DNA of 61,015 nucleotides, filler included, from Hausera hauseri (GCA_046269625.1; 11 parts of 11 records of this genome joined end to end with filler, not necessarily neighbours in it); one strand, 5' to 3'. Shown: positions 36,178 through 49,300, counted from the whole stretch's first letter. A program made the numbers and translations. The notes: generated by a model not told the origin, from the sequence alone.

Positions 36178-36324
36178 ATGTAGAAACCTACAATTATTCC
36201 TATACTTACATTTCCCTTTTTCAAGGTACCAACATAACCTTCTTTGATCATCCTTGCTAGATTGATGTAGGTATTTACAATTCTTTCCGAATTTGCACCA
36301 TCCGTTCTTATCAAAATTCCAGCA
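36178..36324 (-). other. Tandem CCCH zinc fingers in BEL/Pao Gag
   Basis: CWNFDKNGWCKFGKNCKYLH (C-x8-C-x5-C-x3-H) and CWYLEKGKCKYRNNCRFLH (C-x7-C-x5-C-x3-H). Confidence 0.9.
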
Positions 36325-37431
36325 TCTCTGGAACTGATCTTCTCGCTGTATGTTGTGGTGGCTAGATTGTACCTCCCTTTTAACTTCTCGATCTCTTATT
36401 TTGGAATCCATGTTCTCGATATCTCTATTAACAACCCGTGATCTTTTCGTAAAATACAATATTCCATCTCCTATTAGTGTGCATCGACCATCTTGACTTG
36501 GTTTGAAGGCTTCGATTTCTCTCATTCTCTCTATGATATTTCTCCTAACCATCGCTTCTATCTCGATCCAATTTTTCAATTCCATGACTGTTCTATCCGA
36601 CTTTTTCTTGATCACATGCCCTTCCAATAGAAGCACAATTCATTCAGGAAGATTTTCAACGAGGCTTTGGTACAATAGCCCTCCACTAAGTTCTCCCGTT
36701 CTCCCTAGATTCCTCAATCTTACAATTATTCCTTCTAACAACGCCACAAACTCATCTAGCCCTTTAATATCTTCCTTCTCTATCACCCGAAATCTTATGA
36801 CTTCGGTCATAAACGCTGCATAATAACGTTGTTCACCTCCATAATAGGAATCCAATGTCTCCAGTGACGCCCTAGATACTTCTTCTGATAGGTCGAAATT
36901 TCCAATCAGCCTTTTCGGCTCACCTTACAAGCACTGGTTCAGCTGCAGTTGTTTATATATTTTCGACATTGGGGTTTTGTGGATAAAAGTGTCAAAAGTC
37001 CTTTTCCATTTATCGTATTTGGTAATTAGCCCACCAAACTTCGGCAACTCTAATTTTTGTAACTTTGGTAATATTACTATTTTCGTTTTCTCCTTTTCAG
37101 GCCTTCCATTGGCGATCATCATCTTATTTTCTCTTGAGCTCCTCTCATAGATGATTGCGTTGATTTTTTTGTTCTGATCGTCTAGTTTCTCCATATCATT
37201 TTCTAACAATGTGAGGTTCTCCTTTTTTCTCAACTTTCTCGCCGTGGTGGCTAGTATACTCAACTCCCTTTGAAGATCGGTAAACGATTTATCATACTTC
37301 TCATGATATATTTCGTATTCATGATCATTCAAGTTCACATCCATCAACTTCCTTCGAATAGCTGAAAGATCGTTGATGTATTTACGTCGCTCAGATATCC
37401 TACCTTACAGTTCGTCTGCAATTATTTTACT

Positions 37432-37659
37432 CCCACCTTTTAACCGTAACTGCAAATGAACAGTCGAATCCTTTTGAATATAATATTCGCTAAGTTTCCG
37501 AAAATCCTTTAGTTCTTTCCCAATGCAAATTAATTGTTGTTGGTATGTTGGAATCCCCTCCCTTTTCTCGACAATCAACTTTAGTTCCTCCACTTTATCC
37601 GACATTTTTACTAATATCGCCATTATTTTTCCCGAAATTGTCTCAAGAAATATCGTTCA
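37432..37659 (-). pseudogene. Ubiquitin-like domain in frame with BEL/Pao Gag
   Basis: [75 protein letters not shown] aligns without gaps to 76-aa ubiquitin; 38/76 identities by hand count. Confidence 0.93.
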
Positions 37660-37726
37660 TTTCCCTTCTTTAATTTTTGTTGTGTCTTCTTGCTCTAATT
37701 CCTGAGTACTTCTCTTTAATCCTTCT

Positions 37727-38092
37727 TAGTAGTTGGAAGGGAGGACTTTGCGCCAACACCCCTCCTTCCGCAGGGAAGGAAGGAAGCCAATAGGAGGAGA
37801 ACACGTCATCGAGGGAAGGAAAACTGGCCAATGGGAGTCGAGGAAAACTGACCAATGAGGAAGAAAGGTGGCGCCAAGTGGGTTTCACTATTCCCACCCC
37901 TAGAACAAAGCATTCTGGTGCAGAATGGGTTTCACTATTCCCACCCCTTATTTATTGGTCGGGTATAAATAAAGGCCTTGGAAATAGCATGGTATTGTGC
38001 GACAAATGGTATGATTTTAAATCTGTTTAATTAATTATATACTTAGGAAATAGAAATTAAACGTCTCACAAAGGAAATATGTAGTGGTAAAA
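37727..38092 (+). repeat. LTR-like, promoter-motif-rich repeat inserted antisense at the 5' end of the BEL/Pao ORF
   Basis: Three CCAAT boxes, ACGTCA, GCGCCAA twice, GGTTTCACTATTCCCACCCC twice (37881, 37928), TATAAATAAA at ~37964; homologous to 120-355. Confidence 0.65.
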
Positions 38093-38192
38093 NNNNNNNN
38101 NNNNNNNNNNNNNNNNNNNNNNNNNNNNNNNNNNNNTTAATTAATTAANNNNNNNNNNNNNNNNNNNNNNNNNNNNNNNNNNNNNNNNNNNN

Positions 38193-41100
38193 CGTGATCC
38201 TGCTTGTTCTTCATACAGCACTTTTCATCACCCCTCGACCGCCAAACAAAACCCGGGGAAAAGGGAGGCGTTCGTTCCCAGACATGAGCATCGCGCGGGG
38301 AACAACAAACCCTTGATCTCGTATGGCAAGGGAACAAACCATGTTGGCACCACATCACCCTCCGTGGCTGAGTTAAAATCCATATATCGCGACAAAAGGA
38401 GAAGCAGAAGCGGAAAAGGTGAAAATATATTTAAAAGTGGTCTTTTCAAGGCGTAAAGTTCCCTGTTGGTATTTTACTCTGCAATATTTGTTGAATTTTA
38501 TGATTTTGCTTGCTTGTGTACGTGGTTTCTTTGTTTTCAACTGATTTTGGTGTAAAACCGATGTTAGTTTTGGGATTGTGTTGAGTGAAGGTCGAAGTGA
38601 AGAAGTAGAGGGTTTCAAAGGAGGATGAGATGAAGGATAATAGGGACTATAGTTTGAGAGAGGCGGAAGTTGCAAAGTGGAAATGAGAGGAGTAGAAGAT
38701 GGTTGGTTAAGAAGAAGGAAGATAGAAGACACCGGAGATGACGAAGATGTGGAAGGAGAAAGAGGGAGAGAGAGGGGACGCTGAATAAGGGCAAGACGGA
38801 AGAGAGTAAAAAGATGAAGAAGGTGAAGGAGAGGAGTTGGAAGGTGACATGCAAGAGGTTGGAATGATGAAAGGCGCATATGGAGAGATTGGTGAAGTAG
38901 AAGTGGTGATTACCGGAGAAAGTCTCATAGGTGAGAAAGCAGGTTGTCACCAGTGGATGCAGGAGGAGCTAAGAGGCTTGAAAGTGCAAAATGGGATGGG
39001 AAAAGAGGCGATGAACTGTCAAACAAAGTTGAAGTAGAAGGATTAAGAGAAAACGTAGGGAAAAGTGGATTAAAGGATTGAACAGAAATAGGGGGTAAAT
39101 TTTTGGATTGCTGCGCTTTGCGGAAAGATGTTGGTGGAGAAATGGTCACGATGGGGGATGTATCGTCAAGGAAGATGGCCGGATTAGCGTTGTTGATGTG
39201 GACTGTCACTTTTTGTCGTTCTTGAGGATGATGACGCTGTGGGAGTGTAAACAATTTACTTGGTAAGGGCAACCTACTGAGGTTGAAAACCACACGGCGT
39301 ATGATTCTTTAGCCATGCGAACTTTGCAGTATAAAATCGTCGGGTATGTAGGGTTTAGTGTCGTGTAAAAGTCTACAAAATGAGCCTTTGCTGATCGCAA
39401 CAAAGTGTCTCTGAGCCGCTTGTACGGTTTTGTCTGTAGAAATATTATCCAGCTTAGCCAGGTCGAATAATAGTCCGATAGAATTACCAAATAATGCTTC
39501 TGCAGGTGAACAGCCTGTAGAAGTAAATGGTGTGTTCCGCCAGCCAAGCAGAACGTATGGACGGAGTGTGGTCCAACTGGGATTGGCTCAGCAACGATTT
39601 CAAGAGACCTTTTTAATCGTTCGGTGGAAGCGTTCGAAAAGGCCATTTGATTGAGGATAATAGGTGACGTGTGAATGTGGTTAATTCCCAATCGATTGAC
39701 AAGAGCTTTAAAAAGGTTGGATTCAAATTGTAGACCTTGGTCCGAGATGATATGGCGAGGTGATCCAAACCTGTTGATCCAAGTGCGAATAAAAACGTCT
39801 GCGATTGTTTCTGTGTTGGTGCTCCGAAGCCGAACAGCCTCTGGCCATCGCGAGGCACGGTCCATCATAGTGAGGATGAACTGATGGCCGTTGTCTAAGG
39901 GTAGTGGTCCTACTAGGTCAATGTGAACATATTCAAAACGAGACGTTTAAGGAATATGATATAATGGTGGCTTTAAATGCTTAGTAGATTTGTATTTTTG
40001 GCATGCCACGCACTGCCTAGTCCATGCATGTACGTCAGAGCGCATCGTCGGCCATACTACTTAGCGTTGTAAGAATCGAAATGTGGCCTTGGCACCGGAT
40101 GGATGTTGTTGAATGCTTCTTTTCAAGCGATTCGGAAAGTATGATTTTAGTATTATTAGGTTTGGAGGTGTCAAAGGCCACATCGTCGATGGTTTTGCAC
40201 GATTTAAAAGATTTCAGGATTTCAGGAGGTGGCTGGTTTTGTTCAAGTCTAGATTGAAGGTGAGTTGGTGTAAAATAATTCGAGGTGACCGATCGGGACA
40301 AAAAGTCAGCTACTAAATTGTCGATTCCGTTTAAGTGCTTGCTTTCAAAATTGAATGTGGACAAATACGATATTTGCCTCTCCTGAAGTGGAGAAGGCGA
40401 TTTCTTGGTAAGAATTTGAAACAAGAGCTCGTGGTTCGTTTGTATTGTAAAGGTTTGCACGGTTAGCAGAGGCTTAAAGTGTTTTGCGGCAAGGACCATT
40501 GCAAGCAGCTCTCTGTCAAAGGTGAAATATCTTTGCTCTTGCGCCGTAAATTTTTGAGAAAAGAATTCTAATGGCCAATAGGAACTATTTTTGACTTGAT
40601 GGAGGACAGCAATTGCAGCTGTTGAGAATGCATGCGTGGTTAAGAAGAGTTCTGCATGGGAGTTGGGATAGGCCAGGATTTACACGGTTTTTAAATTATC
40701 TATGAGGTGATCAAAAGCGTTAAATTCTTGGCGGTCCATTGAATAGGCTCTTTTTCTTGCCAGAGCTTTGTGATGAAAATGGAGCGGTTAGAGTGGAACA
40801 GTATGGAATATACTTACGAATAAAGTGCAAGGTTCTGAGGAAAACAGGCATCTCTGTTGATGTACGTGGTAGCTGTATGTTTTTGAACTGTGTGATGCGC
40901 TCTGACTCAGGTGAATGTCCGGAGGAGCTAACAACATGTCTCAGGAAGTTGACCTTATGTTAAAAAAGGAGCATTTGGAGAAATTAATTTTCAAGTTGTT
41001 TTGGTGCAAGCACTGGAAAGTTAAACATAAGCGTTTGGGGTGTTGTTTCGAGGAAGTTGATGCAATTAGGATATCATCGATATAGGGATAAGCAAAGTCT

Positions 41101-42375
41101 AAGCCTGAAAGAACTGTATCAATATGCCTTTGGAAGGTCTGGGAAGCGTTACGGAGTCCAGAAGGCATTAAGGGGTATTCAAAAAGACCGAAAGGTGTAA
41201 TGACAACCGTTTTCGAAATGTCTGCTGGGGCCACCGGAATTTGGCGGTATGCTTTGTGCAAATCAATGCAGGAAAAGATCGTCGAACCATGAGGCCTGTG
41301 TAGAATATCGTTGATTAATGGTAGAGGGTATGAATCCATTGTTGTTATGGTGTTATGTTGGTGGTAATCATCGCATGGGCAAAAGATGCCATCTTTTTGG
41401 AACCACATTTAGTGGTGAATACCAGGGGATTTGGATCTTCTGATTATTCCTGATCTTTTCAGTTCGAGAAACTCAGCTTCCACTGCCCGTCTGCGTCGAG
41501 GCGACAGTGGGCGGAACTTTTGCCGAATTGGTCGTTGACGTGCAGTTACTATGTGATGGAAAGTGGATTGAGGTGGTACGCATGATTTGTCTTTCTGCAA
41601 CAGACGCGTGCAGGAAGACGAAATGTATTGTTGTAGATCAGAAGACAATGATAAGAATTTATCCGATGGTGTCGATGAATGGTAACTGGATGCAGTTGAG
41701 GTAGGAGTTGTATAAAAGGTGTTGTGACAAGGTGGTATCAGGTGCAAGATGTTCGTGTTGAAGATGGTGTTGGTAGCTGTACTATCAGTAATAGGTGACA
41801 CGCAGTTGACAATATCGTATTTGTTGCAGTAATAAAAATTTCTACATAATGATTGATTATAAAAGTAAGTTAAATCAAAAGTCGGTTACTTTGGTATTGA
41901 CTTGCTGTAAGCGATCGCCCGGGCGGTCACCGAAATGCTGCTAATTTGATTAAAATTTTTTCTGCTCTTTAAGGAACATCGTTTGCAGTCTAAAAATAAA
42001 TTATAGTAGGACAGAAATTTTAAACCCAATATAGGAGTGCGTACGTTGGCTGCTGTAAATTTCCAAGTGAATGTGTTGGGGAAATTTGGAACAGTGAAAG
42101 TTAATTTGGTAACACCAAAAGTTTGCAAATGTTTACCGGACGCAGTGAACAGTTGCTTTCTTGATGTAAAATTGTTTTGGATGTGCTGTGTTGGTGGTAA
42201 TAAAGAAATTGCTGCTCCGGCGTCTATGAAAAAATTAATATATTGTTTTGGTGGAGTGACGACTGTTTCTTTCAACGTGAATACAGCAAAGGAAATGTGT
42301 TGGCTATCTTTTTGTAGGTTGTTGCATTTGCTAGAACTTGCCGTGTGTCCTAGCGGCGAAATCAGTTTTTTGTAG
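38193..42375 (-). mobile_element. Ty3/gypsy element (PR-RT-RH-IN, PPT, partial 3' LTR), decayed
   Basis: FFIDAGA protease; YIDDILI RT; MMDRASRWPEA and ISDQG integrase; Ser/Pro/Leu-rich tail; GGAGGGTGA followed by TGTGG at 38354; closely related to 356-2303. Confidence 0.94.
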
Positions 42376-42389
42376 GTGGCGAGTTTATT

Positions 42390-43424
42390 AGGGAGAGTGA
42401 GGGACACTGCACCAAGTTTATTCTCCTACCTCGAGACCCCCCCCAGGATTGATAATCAATAATTTTATATGGGGAAAATAGGAAATCAATATTATTGATT
42501 GGTGCAGTCGTGGTTTTACTATTCCCACCCCCAAGGGAGTGGAGGACACTGCATCAAGCTTATTTTCCTATCTCGAAACCCCCGCAGGATCGATATTTTT
42601 ATATGGGGAAAATTAGGGAATTAATATTATTGATTGGTGGAATCGTGGTTTCACTACTCCCACCCCAAAAAAATTTTAAAATATCGATTTTTCGACAATT
42701 TTTCAAAAATTTTTTCAAAAGTGAATAATGTGCATTTTCGAATTTTGTATCTAATGGTATGAAAAGAAAATTTTTTTCGAAAAATTGTTTTTCGAACTCG
42801 AATATATTTTCACCAAGTTTTAGAATAATTTTAATTGAAAGTGCAGAAATTTTCAGTTTTCTAAGCTCTTTCGAATGGTATATGTCGCAAGTCTGTACGA
42901 CCTTTGGAACCGAATATACAACGATTCGAATATTTCGGAAAAATTTTTCAAAATGCGATATCTCCGCAACGAAAAATCATATTGAAGTGAGGTGAAGTTT
43001 ATCCGATAGAGAAAAAATTCTCTACCTTGGGCATAAACTATTCGAAAAATTTTTTTCGAACTCGATTTTTCTAATTACCGAGTTTTTGAATATTTTTGAG
43101 TCCTACATTAAAAATGTTCATTTTATTTATGTCTATTGAATGGTACAGGTCGCAAGTCAATACCGCTTATGGATTCGAATATATATCGATTCGAATATTT
43201 CGAAAAAATTTTTCAAAATGAAATATAACCGCAAAGAAAAATCATATTGACATGCAATCAAGTGGGTTAGATGCAGAAAAAAATTCTCTAGCGACCAGGC
43301 CTAAAAAGATCGAATTTCACTTTAAGAAAAATTCGATTTTCAGTGTTTAAAATATTCGAAATGCAATATCTCAGCCTCCAGAGGTCGTATCGACCTGCGA
43401 TCAAGTTTGCGGGAATCAGGAACA
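42390..43424. repeat. Composite tandem repeat, probable end of a non-autonomous DNA element
   Basis: Two ~135-145-nt units (42390-42533, 42534-42666), each ending GGTTTYACTAYTCCCACCCC, then two ~250-nt units (~42777-43024, ~43042-43290). Confidence 0.75.
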
Positions 43425-44016
43425 NNNNNNNNNNNNNNNNNNNNNNNNNNNNNNNNNNNNNNNNNNNNTTAATTAATTAANNNNNNNNNNNNNNNNNNNN
43501 NNNNNNNNNNNNNNNNNNNNNNNNAAAAAAATCGAAGTTTAGTGGACCACAAAGAGATATCACTTTTGAATTTTTAGGCCATTCATTTCATATTCTGTAC
43601 CAACTCCGATGCTTCGTAAATATGTCTTTTCGTATCAGCAATAAAATTCCAAACATTTTCGATAAGTGCCTTTGCAGTATATATATCGTTTGAATCTTCA
43701 ATCTTCACATTATTAAACCATAACATTGCTTCTTTAATTCTTTAATAATTCCAACAAAAACGTTAAATCCAAATGATAGAAAATAAACCATGTATTTCAA
43801 ATTAAAAATTACAAAATCTTTATCTACAGTCAATTTTTCAATATATACAACTATTAGCTATTGTTAAATCTTCTGCATTTCCTTTGACAGTGTTTGGATA
43901 TTTCAAAATATCTCAAAAGTCGTAGTAACATGTATTGCAAGGCGGAGAAATTTACAAAGATGCCCGAGAAATGCAAACAGCATAATTGGTTAAACACATT
44001 TCTAAAAAGAAACACG

Positions 44017-44302
44017 TTAAATTTGATTATCTGTAGAAACACGACGAGAGCGACAAAAACAATACATATTCTCTCGAAACATTGGCGACATTGCACAATA
44101 GACAAAAAAAGTTCATGGGATATGTTATGAGTATGACAAAATTACAGATATGATAAACATACGTCACCCATTGTACATAAGAATCCTCACTCAATATGAC
44201 CATCGACGTGTAGACCGTTACGACACATCCAGTGGGTATTTCTACGAATAAGAACACAACAAGTACGACGATTACCATCTTTGACATCGACGAAATATCC
44301 AA
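44017..44302 (-). pseudogene. TM6-TM7 of a sex-peptide/myoinhibitory-peptide receptor-like GPCR
   Basis: SKMVIVVLVVFLFVEIPTGCVVTVY and ICNFVILITYPMNFF/VYCAMSPMFRENM resemble the SPR-type VFLLVEIP and SYPINFAIYCGMSRQFRETF motifs; a 1-nt frameshift in a T7 run could be a sequencing error. Confidence 0.7.
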
Positions 44303-44334
44303 TATATTTACATAATAGTACTCTTCTGCCTGCT

Positions 44335-47300
44335 AGGAGGGAATATTGAAAAAGTATGAGATGACGTAAACATTTCAATTGCCGGATATTGACGAAAAGG
44401 AAATAACTGTTGTATCTTTTATATGGGGTACAATTCACCCCAAATTGGGAGATGAATGAGAGAAATTTAATGATTGACGACTCCTGTCTTCACTCGAACG
44501 AATTGTGTCCGCAACGTTTGACTTGAATGATGATCTGATATACGAATTGGGAGACAAATGAGAGAAATTTAATGATCGACGACTGCTGTATTCACTCGAC
44601 CGAATTGTGTCCACAACGTTTGAGATTGACGACCAGCAACTCCGGAGAGGGACTCGAGCGCGTCCACGGCCGCGGAACCACATCAACCCCCCTCATTGCA
44701 GATGAGAAACCATGTAACTGAAAAAGAATTATGAAGATAATACGGATGACAACAATGAATCGCAACAAGGAATAACGTTTGGTTCCTATTCAGTTTTAGT
44801 ACGGGTCAGGCGTTGTGTGCCATCAAAGAACTTTTCTCTGCTGTACGTATTGAATGTTACTCTGTGTGGATTACTCGATAGATTTGTGCTGGGCTGTTGA
44901 GCGATATTGTGTGATGGGGATGATAGCGATAATGAGTCAAACAAAAAGGGCGATGCAACTGGAGGTGATGTAAAGTCATTTAGAAAATCAGTAGGAGGGC
45001 TAGCGAAGTCTGAGTTGGAAGTAGATTTGGTATATGGAATGTCGTCAATGAAGAAAGCAGGATTCAGATTCGAAATGTGGACGTTGTAAGGTTTATCGTG
45101 GCGTAAAACGGTAGCTGTGAGACGAAAGATTCAGCAGTTTCTACGGGCCAACATATTGAGGTCTAAAACCTGAAGGCGACTGATCCTCCAACCATACAAA
45201 CTTGGCGGAGTATAAATCCTTCGGAATATAGGATTTGTTGTTGTTAAAAGGGCGACAGAATAAATCTGAGTTGACCTCGACAAAGTGAGATTGTGCTGCA
45301 CGAATGTTTTCATCTGTAGGGTTGTCGTCGAGATCAGAAAGCTCAAATGAGGCCCGAATTGGAGTCCCAAAGAGTGCTTCGGCTGGAGCTCAAGCGGTAG
45401 TGGTCGAAGGTGTGTTGGGCCACCCTAATAAAACAAAAGGTAGAATGGACGTCCAATTGCGATGAGCGTCAGCCAAGATTTTTGAAGAGACTTTCATTGT
45501 ACGATGAAACCTTTCAAAAAGGCCGTTTGCTTGAGGATGATATGGTATAGTATGAAAATGAAATATTCCCAAGCGTTTGACAAATGATTTGAATAGTTCC
45601 GACTCAAATTGTGGATCTTGATCCGTTATTATGTAACGTGGGGAACAAAAGCGACTGATCCCGATTTTAATAAAGGCGTCGGCTACTGAATCAGTGTTTG
45701 TCGAACGAAGAGAAACGGCTTCAGGCCAACGAGAAGCACGATCCATCATAGTAAGTGTGTGTTGATATCCGTTGTCGGCGGGTAAAAAAACAACTAAATC
45801 AAGATAAACTGTATGAAAGCGTGATGTACAGGGAAAGTGGGAAAGTGGTAGTTTAAGGTGTTTGTGGATTTTGTATTTTTGACAGGCTATGCATTCTTTA
45901 ACCCAGTCGTGTACATCTTTGCGCATTGATGGCCATACTACATGACGTTGAAGCAAACGAAATGTTGCTTTCGAACCTGGATGATGGAGTGAATGCGTAT
46001 GAACAAAAGCTGGCTTTTGTAAAGGTGGTGCTAGAATGATCTTTTTATTATCTGTATTCGACGTATCAAAAGCTATGCCATCAATGATCTCGAAGGATTT
46101 GAAAGAACTGAGAAAGTCAGCAGATGGTTGATTGGATTTTAAGACTTCAGATGAGATAATCGGCTCAACTGTAATGGATCCAACCGATCTCAATAAAAAA
46201 TCAGCTACCAAGTTATCTGTGCCTGAGATATCTTTCAAAGCAAAACTGAACGTAGACAGGTATGATATATGTCTCTCTTGCCTCGGTGATGGCTCTTTTA
46301 ACGACATGATGTGCAGCAGAGGCTTATGGTCAGTTAGAATGACAAATAGACGAGAGAGAAGTAAGTGTTTAAAGTGTTTTACTGCCAGAACTATGGCGAG
46401 TAACTCACAGTCAAATGTGAAGTAACGGCTGTCGGGTTGTGCAAGCATCCTAGAATAAAATTCTATTGGCTCGTCGACGCCATAAGAGATCTGGCATAGT
46501 ACAGAGCCAGTAGTTGTGGTTGAGACATAGGTTGTAAGAATAAGATCTGTCTTTGGTTTCGGATAAGCCAGTATTTCTACGGTTTTAAGACCTTCGCGCA
46601 AGTGATCAAACTTGGTAACTAAATCAGGAGTCCAGTAAATCAACTGCCGCTTTTTTTCGGATGACCAATGTGCAAAAGGTGCTGTCAGCTCAGAACAATG
46701 AGGTACGTATTTGTGGATAAAGTGGAGTGTGCCTAAGAAACTTCTTATATCCGTAGTAGTCGTTGGTAGAGTTATGTTCTTCAATTGTTGTAGTCGATCC
46801 GGTTGTGGAGAGTGGCCGTGAGGCGTGATGACGTGACCTAGGAACTTTACACGTTTTTGAAAGAAATGACATTTGGAGAAGTTAACTAGCAAATTGCTAT
46901 GATGTAATCCGTGAAATATAATACGAAGGTGTTCTTGATGTTGCTTGATGAACGTAGAGGCAACTAAAATGTCATCAATATATGGATGAGCGAAGTCTAG
47001 GCCTGACAGTACGGTATCAATGTGCCGTTAAAAATTTGAGAAGCACTACGTAAGCCAAATGGCATAAGGATATATTCGTAGAGGCCAAATGAAGTAATAA
47101 TAGCAGTTTTTGGAATATCATCAGGTGCAACAGGAATTTGATGATATGCTTTAAGCAAGTCAATTGTGGAGTAAGTATTAGTGTTGGTAAGGCTGTGTAG
47201 GATGTCATCTATGAGAGGTAAAGGGTAAGCATCCAAGACTGTTAGATTATTTAACTGACGATAGTCAACGCATGGTATGTATGTGCCGTCTTTCTTCGTC

Positions 47301-49300
47301 ACAACATGCAAAGGCAAAGCCCATGGTGATTTGGATCGTCGAATAATGCCCGAATTTTCAAGTTCATTGACCTCTGATTCAACAGCTTTTCGTCTGCGAG
47401 GTGAAAGTGGCCTTACCTTTTGTCTGATAGGTCTTTTGTGTTCGGTGACTATGTGGTGATATTTTGTAGAATGCGGCTGGAAATCGATGTCCTTCTTAAG
47501 AGTACGGGAACACGAAGTTTTAATCTAGGATTTAAGATCAGAACCCAACGATAAGAATGATGAAGGCATATTATTGAAAGAGTCAGTGGCTGTAATTGAT
47601 GTAGAATGACTGAATAATTCATTAACAATATTTGGTTCAGCCGATTGTTTCAAGATTAATTTGTTCTCACTTGACGAGATTGAAAATATTGCTGAATTGT
47701 TAAGTGTGTTGTTATCAGCCGATGAACAAGATGTCAAATTCATATTTAAATCAACAGAGTAAGACAAAGTGTCCGACTGGCCGTCTGATGAGCATTTGTT
47801 AAAATTTGCAACGATGTTTCTGCGCAGGAGGCATTTATGCTTGCAGTCTACTAACAAATCGTATGCAGCCAAGAAATCGGACCCTATTATGGGCAATCTG
47901 ATGTTGGCTATGTGAAATTTCCAGGAGAATTTCCCTGGTAGGTTGGAGAATGTGAAAGTCAGTTTTGTTGTACCTACAATGTTCAAAGGTTGACCACAGG
48001 CAGTGAAGAGTGGAGGAGAGAAAACTGGAGCGAAAGACAAAGGAAGAAGGGAAAAAGCAGCTCCTGAATCGATAAGGAAGTCTATTTGTGATGTGTTTCC
48101 AAATAACGTATTAACTTTCAGCAGAAAGACTGCAGAGGCTGTGTTGAAACGGCCAGACGATTGAACGATATTGCCTGTACCAGAATGTGCCGTGGCATCT
48201 GGTGGCATTACTGGTTTTTTGGACAATGTTGGGAAAACGAAGACGAATGATGAGTACGAGGAGGCGAAGAAGATGGAGGAAATTAAAATTCTTTTTATAA
48301 TGTGTACATCCTGGCACGCACGACCTAGCCTTGGATTGATGCTTATTGTGATAGACACAAATGGGGTTGTTCACAGCGTACCGTTTGCTGTAGATCCTAC
48401 AACCCAAAAAAACACTTCCCACCATCCCTTTGAAATCGCGTGTGATAAAACAGGTAATGCGTCCGCCAGGTGAAACGGATCGAGCAGAGTGTCTGGAAGT
48501 GCTTCTCTCCCTTAGAGGTTTGTTTTCGCTTCGTCGAGGCCTATTTAGATTATTTAGTTGAATAGTGATGGCTAGAATTGACTGCTGTAACTCGTCAAAC
48601 TGTCGCTGCATCAATTGTAATTGTTGTGAGAATGAAGTGTGGTCTGTGTGTGAAGGTGTATTAGCGATTGCTGCAGCTACTGGTTGTTGACTATTAGACT
48701 ACAAAATATCAAAACTTTTGCCTGCCAATAAAGCAAGCTTTTCGAGGGCCGTTGAGTCGTCTACTACCGTGAGCAGCGCTTTGATTGAGGTTGGCAAAGA
48801 TTAAAGGAAATACCGACAAAGAAGATCGGCATTGTTTGTAGGAGTTACGCCTAAAGAGCTCAGTTGAGAGATTGCAGTTTTCAGGAAATCTGATGGTTTT
48901 TGATTTCAGATGGCGTGTTCATTAAAGTATTTTTGAAATATGCTGTCAATGGAAGGGTCGGTGATATGCAGAAATGATTCATAAAGCATATCATATGGGC
49001 TTGAGGAACTAAGTATATCAGCAAGATTGTTGATTTACTGCTTGATGTTAGCTGGAAGTAATAGCAGCAAACTGTTTGCCTGCAAAACGGAGTCTGTGAT
49101 ATGATTGGCTTTAAGCCATTGCAAATGAAACTGCAACCAGGTATGACTAGAATTCATCTTGTCTAGAAAAAAATCCGTGCAGTGGAGATTTGGAGATGTA
49201 GTTGGTGTGGGGTCGATAGGACGACGGCCAGATCTAGTTTTGGTTAAGTTTTCGGCAGAAATGTCAAGATTTGATCAACCACGGATACAAAGATGAAGTG
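44335..49300 (-). mobile_element. Near full-length decayed Ty3/gypsy element, sister of 22480-27330, with 3' LTR from 44682
   Basis: Gag 49260-48300; FLIDSGA; RT CVDYRQLN and YIDDILV; 500-aa RH-IN ORF 45390-46892; PPT GAGGGGGGTTGA followed by TGTGG; LTR has two ~82-nt direct repeats (44440-44522, 44543-44624) and TATAAAAG. Confidence 0.94.

Larger units (their letters stand above)
32102..37725 (-). mobile_element. BEL/Pao LTR retrotransposon polyprotein (UBL-Gag-CCCH-PR-RT-RNase H-IN), decayed; own LTRs not seen
   Basis: DUF1759-type LPKLQKLELPKFGG...CL*GEP; protease FLDDANT; RT TTKCRTVFDGS, CDIQEMFLQI, RLVFGLNSYPFLA, TYMDDC; RH TKRTLLSTLAKVFDPLG, HIFCDAS, IPRLELMAA, WMDSMNVL; IN RVHIEV, SDNGGTF, LSPNHF; C-terminal GPVHKLC. 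One reading frame from 37725 to 34450. Confidence 0.95.

Noticed and set aside
32369-36823. Long plus-strand ORFs (e.g. 32369-33025, 33124-33687, 35441-35983)
   Set aside because: They are antisense shadows of the BEL/Pao coding strand. The same applies to plus-strand ORFs over the gypsy, polB and piggyBac genes.
34450-37659. Stop-codon reassignment or programmed read-through explaining the in-frame stops
   Set aside because: The stops are a mix of TGA (37659, 36642), TAA (37407, 36927, 35784) and TAG (35541), and frameshifts occur downstream, which fits neutral decay.
37432-37659. Host ubiquitin or polyubiquitin gene
   Set aside because: Single unit, only about 50% identical to canonical ubiquitin, and followed in frame by Gag rather than ubiquitin or a ribosomal protein.
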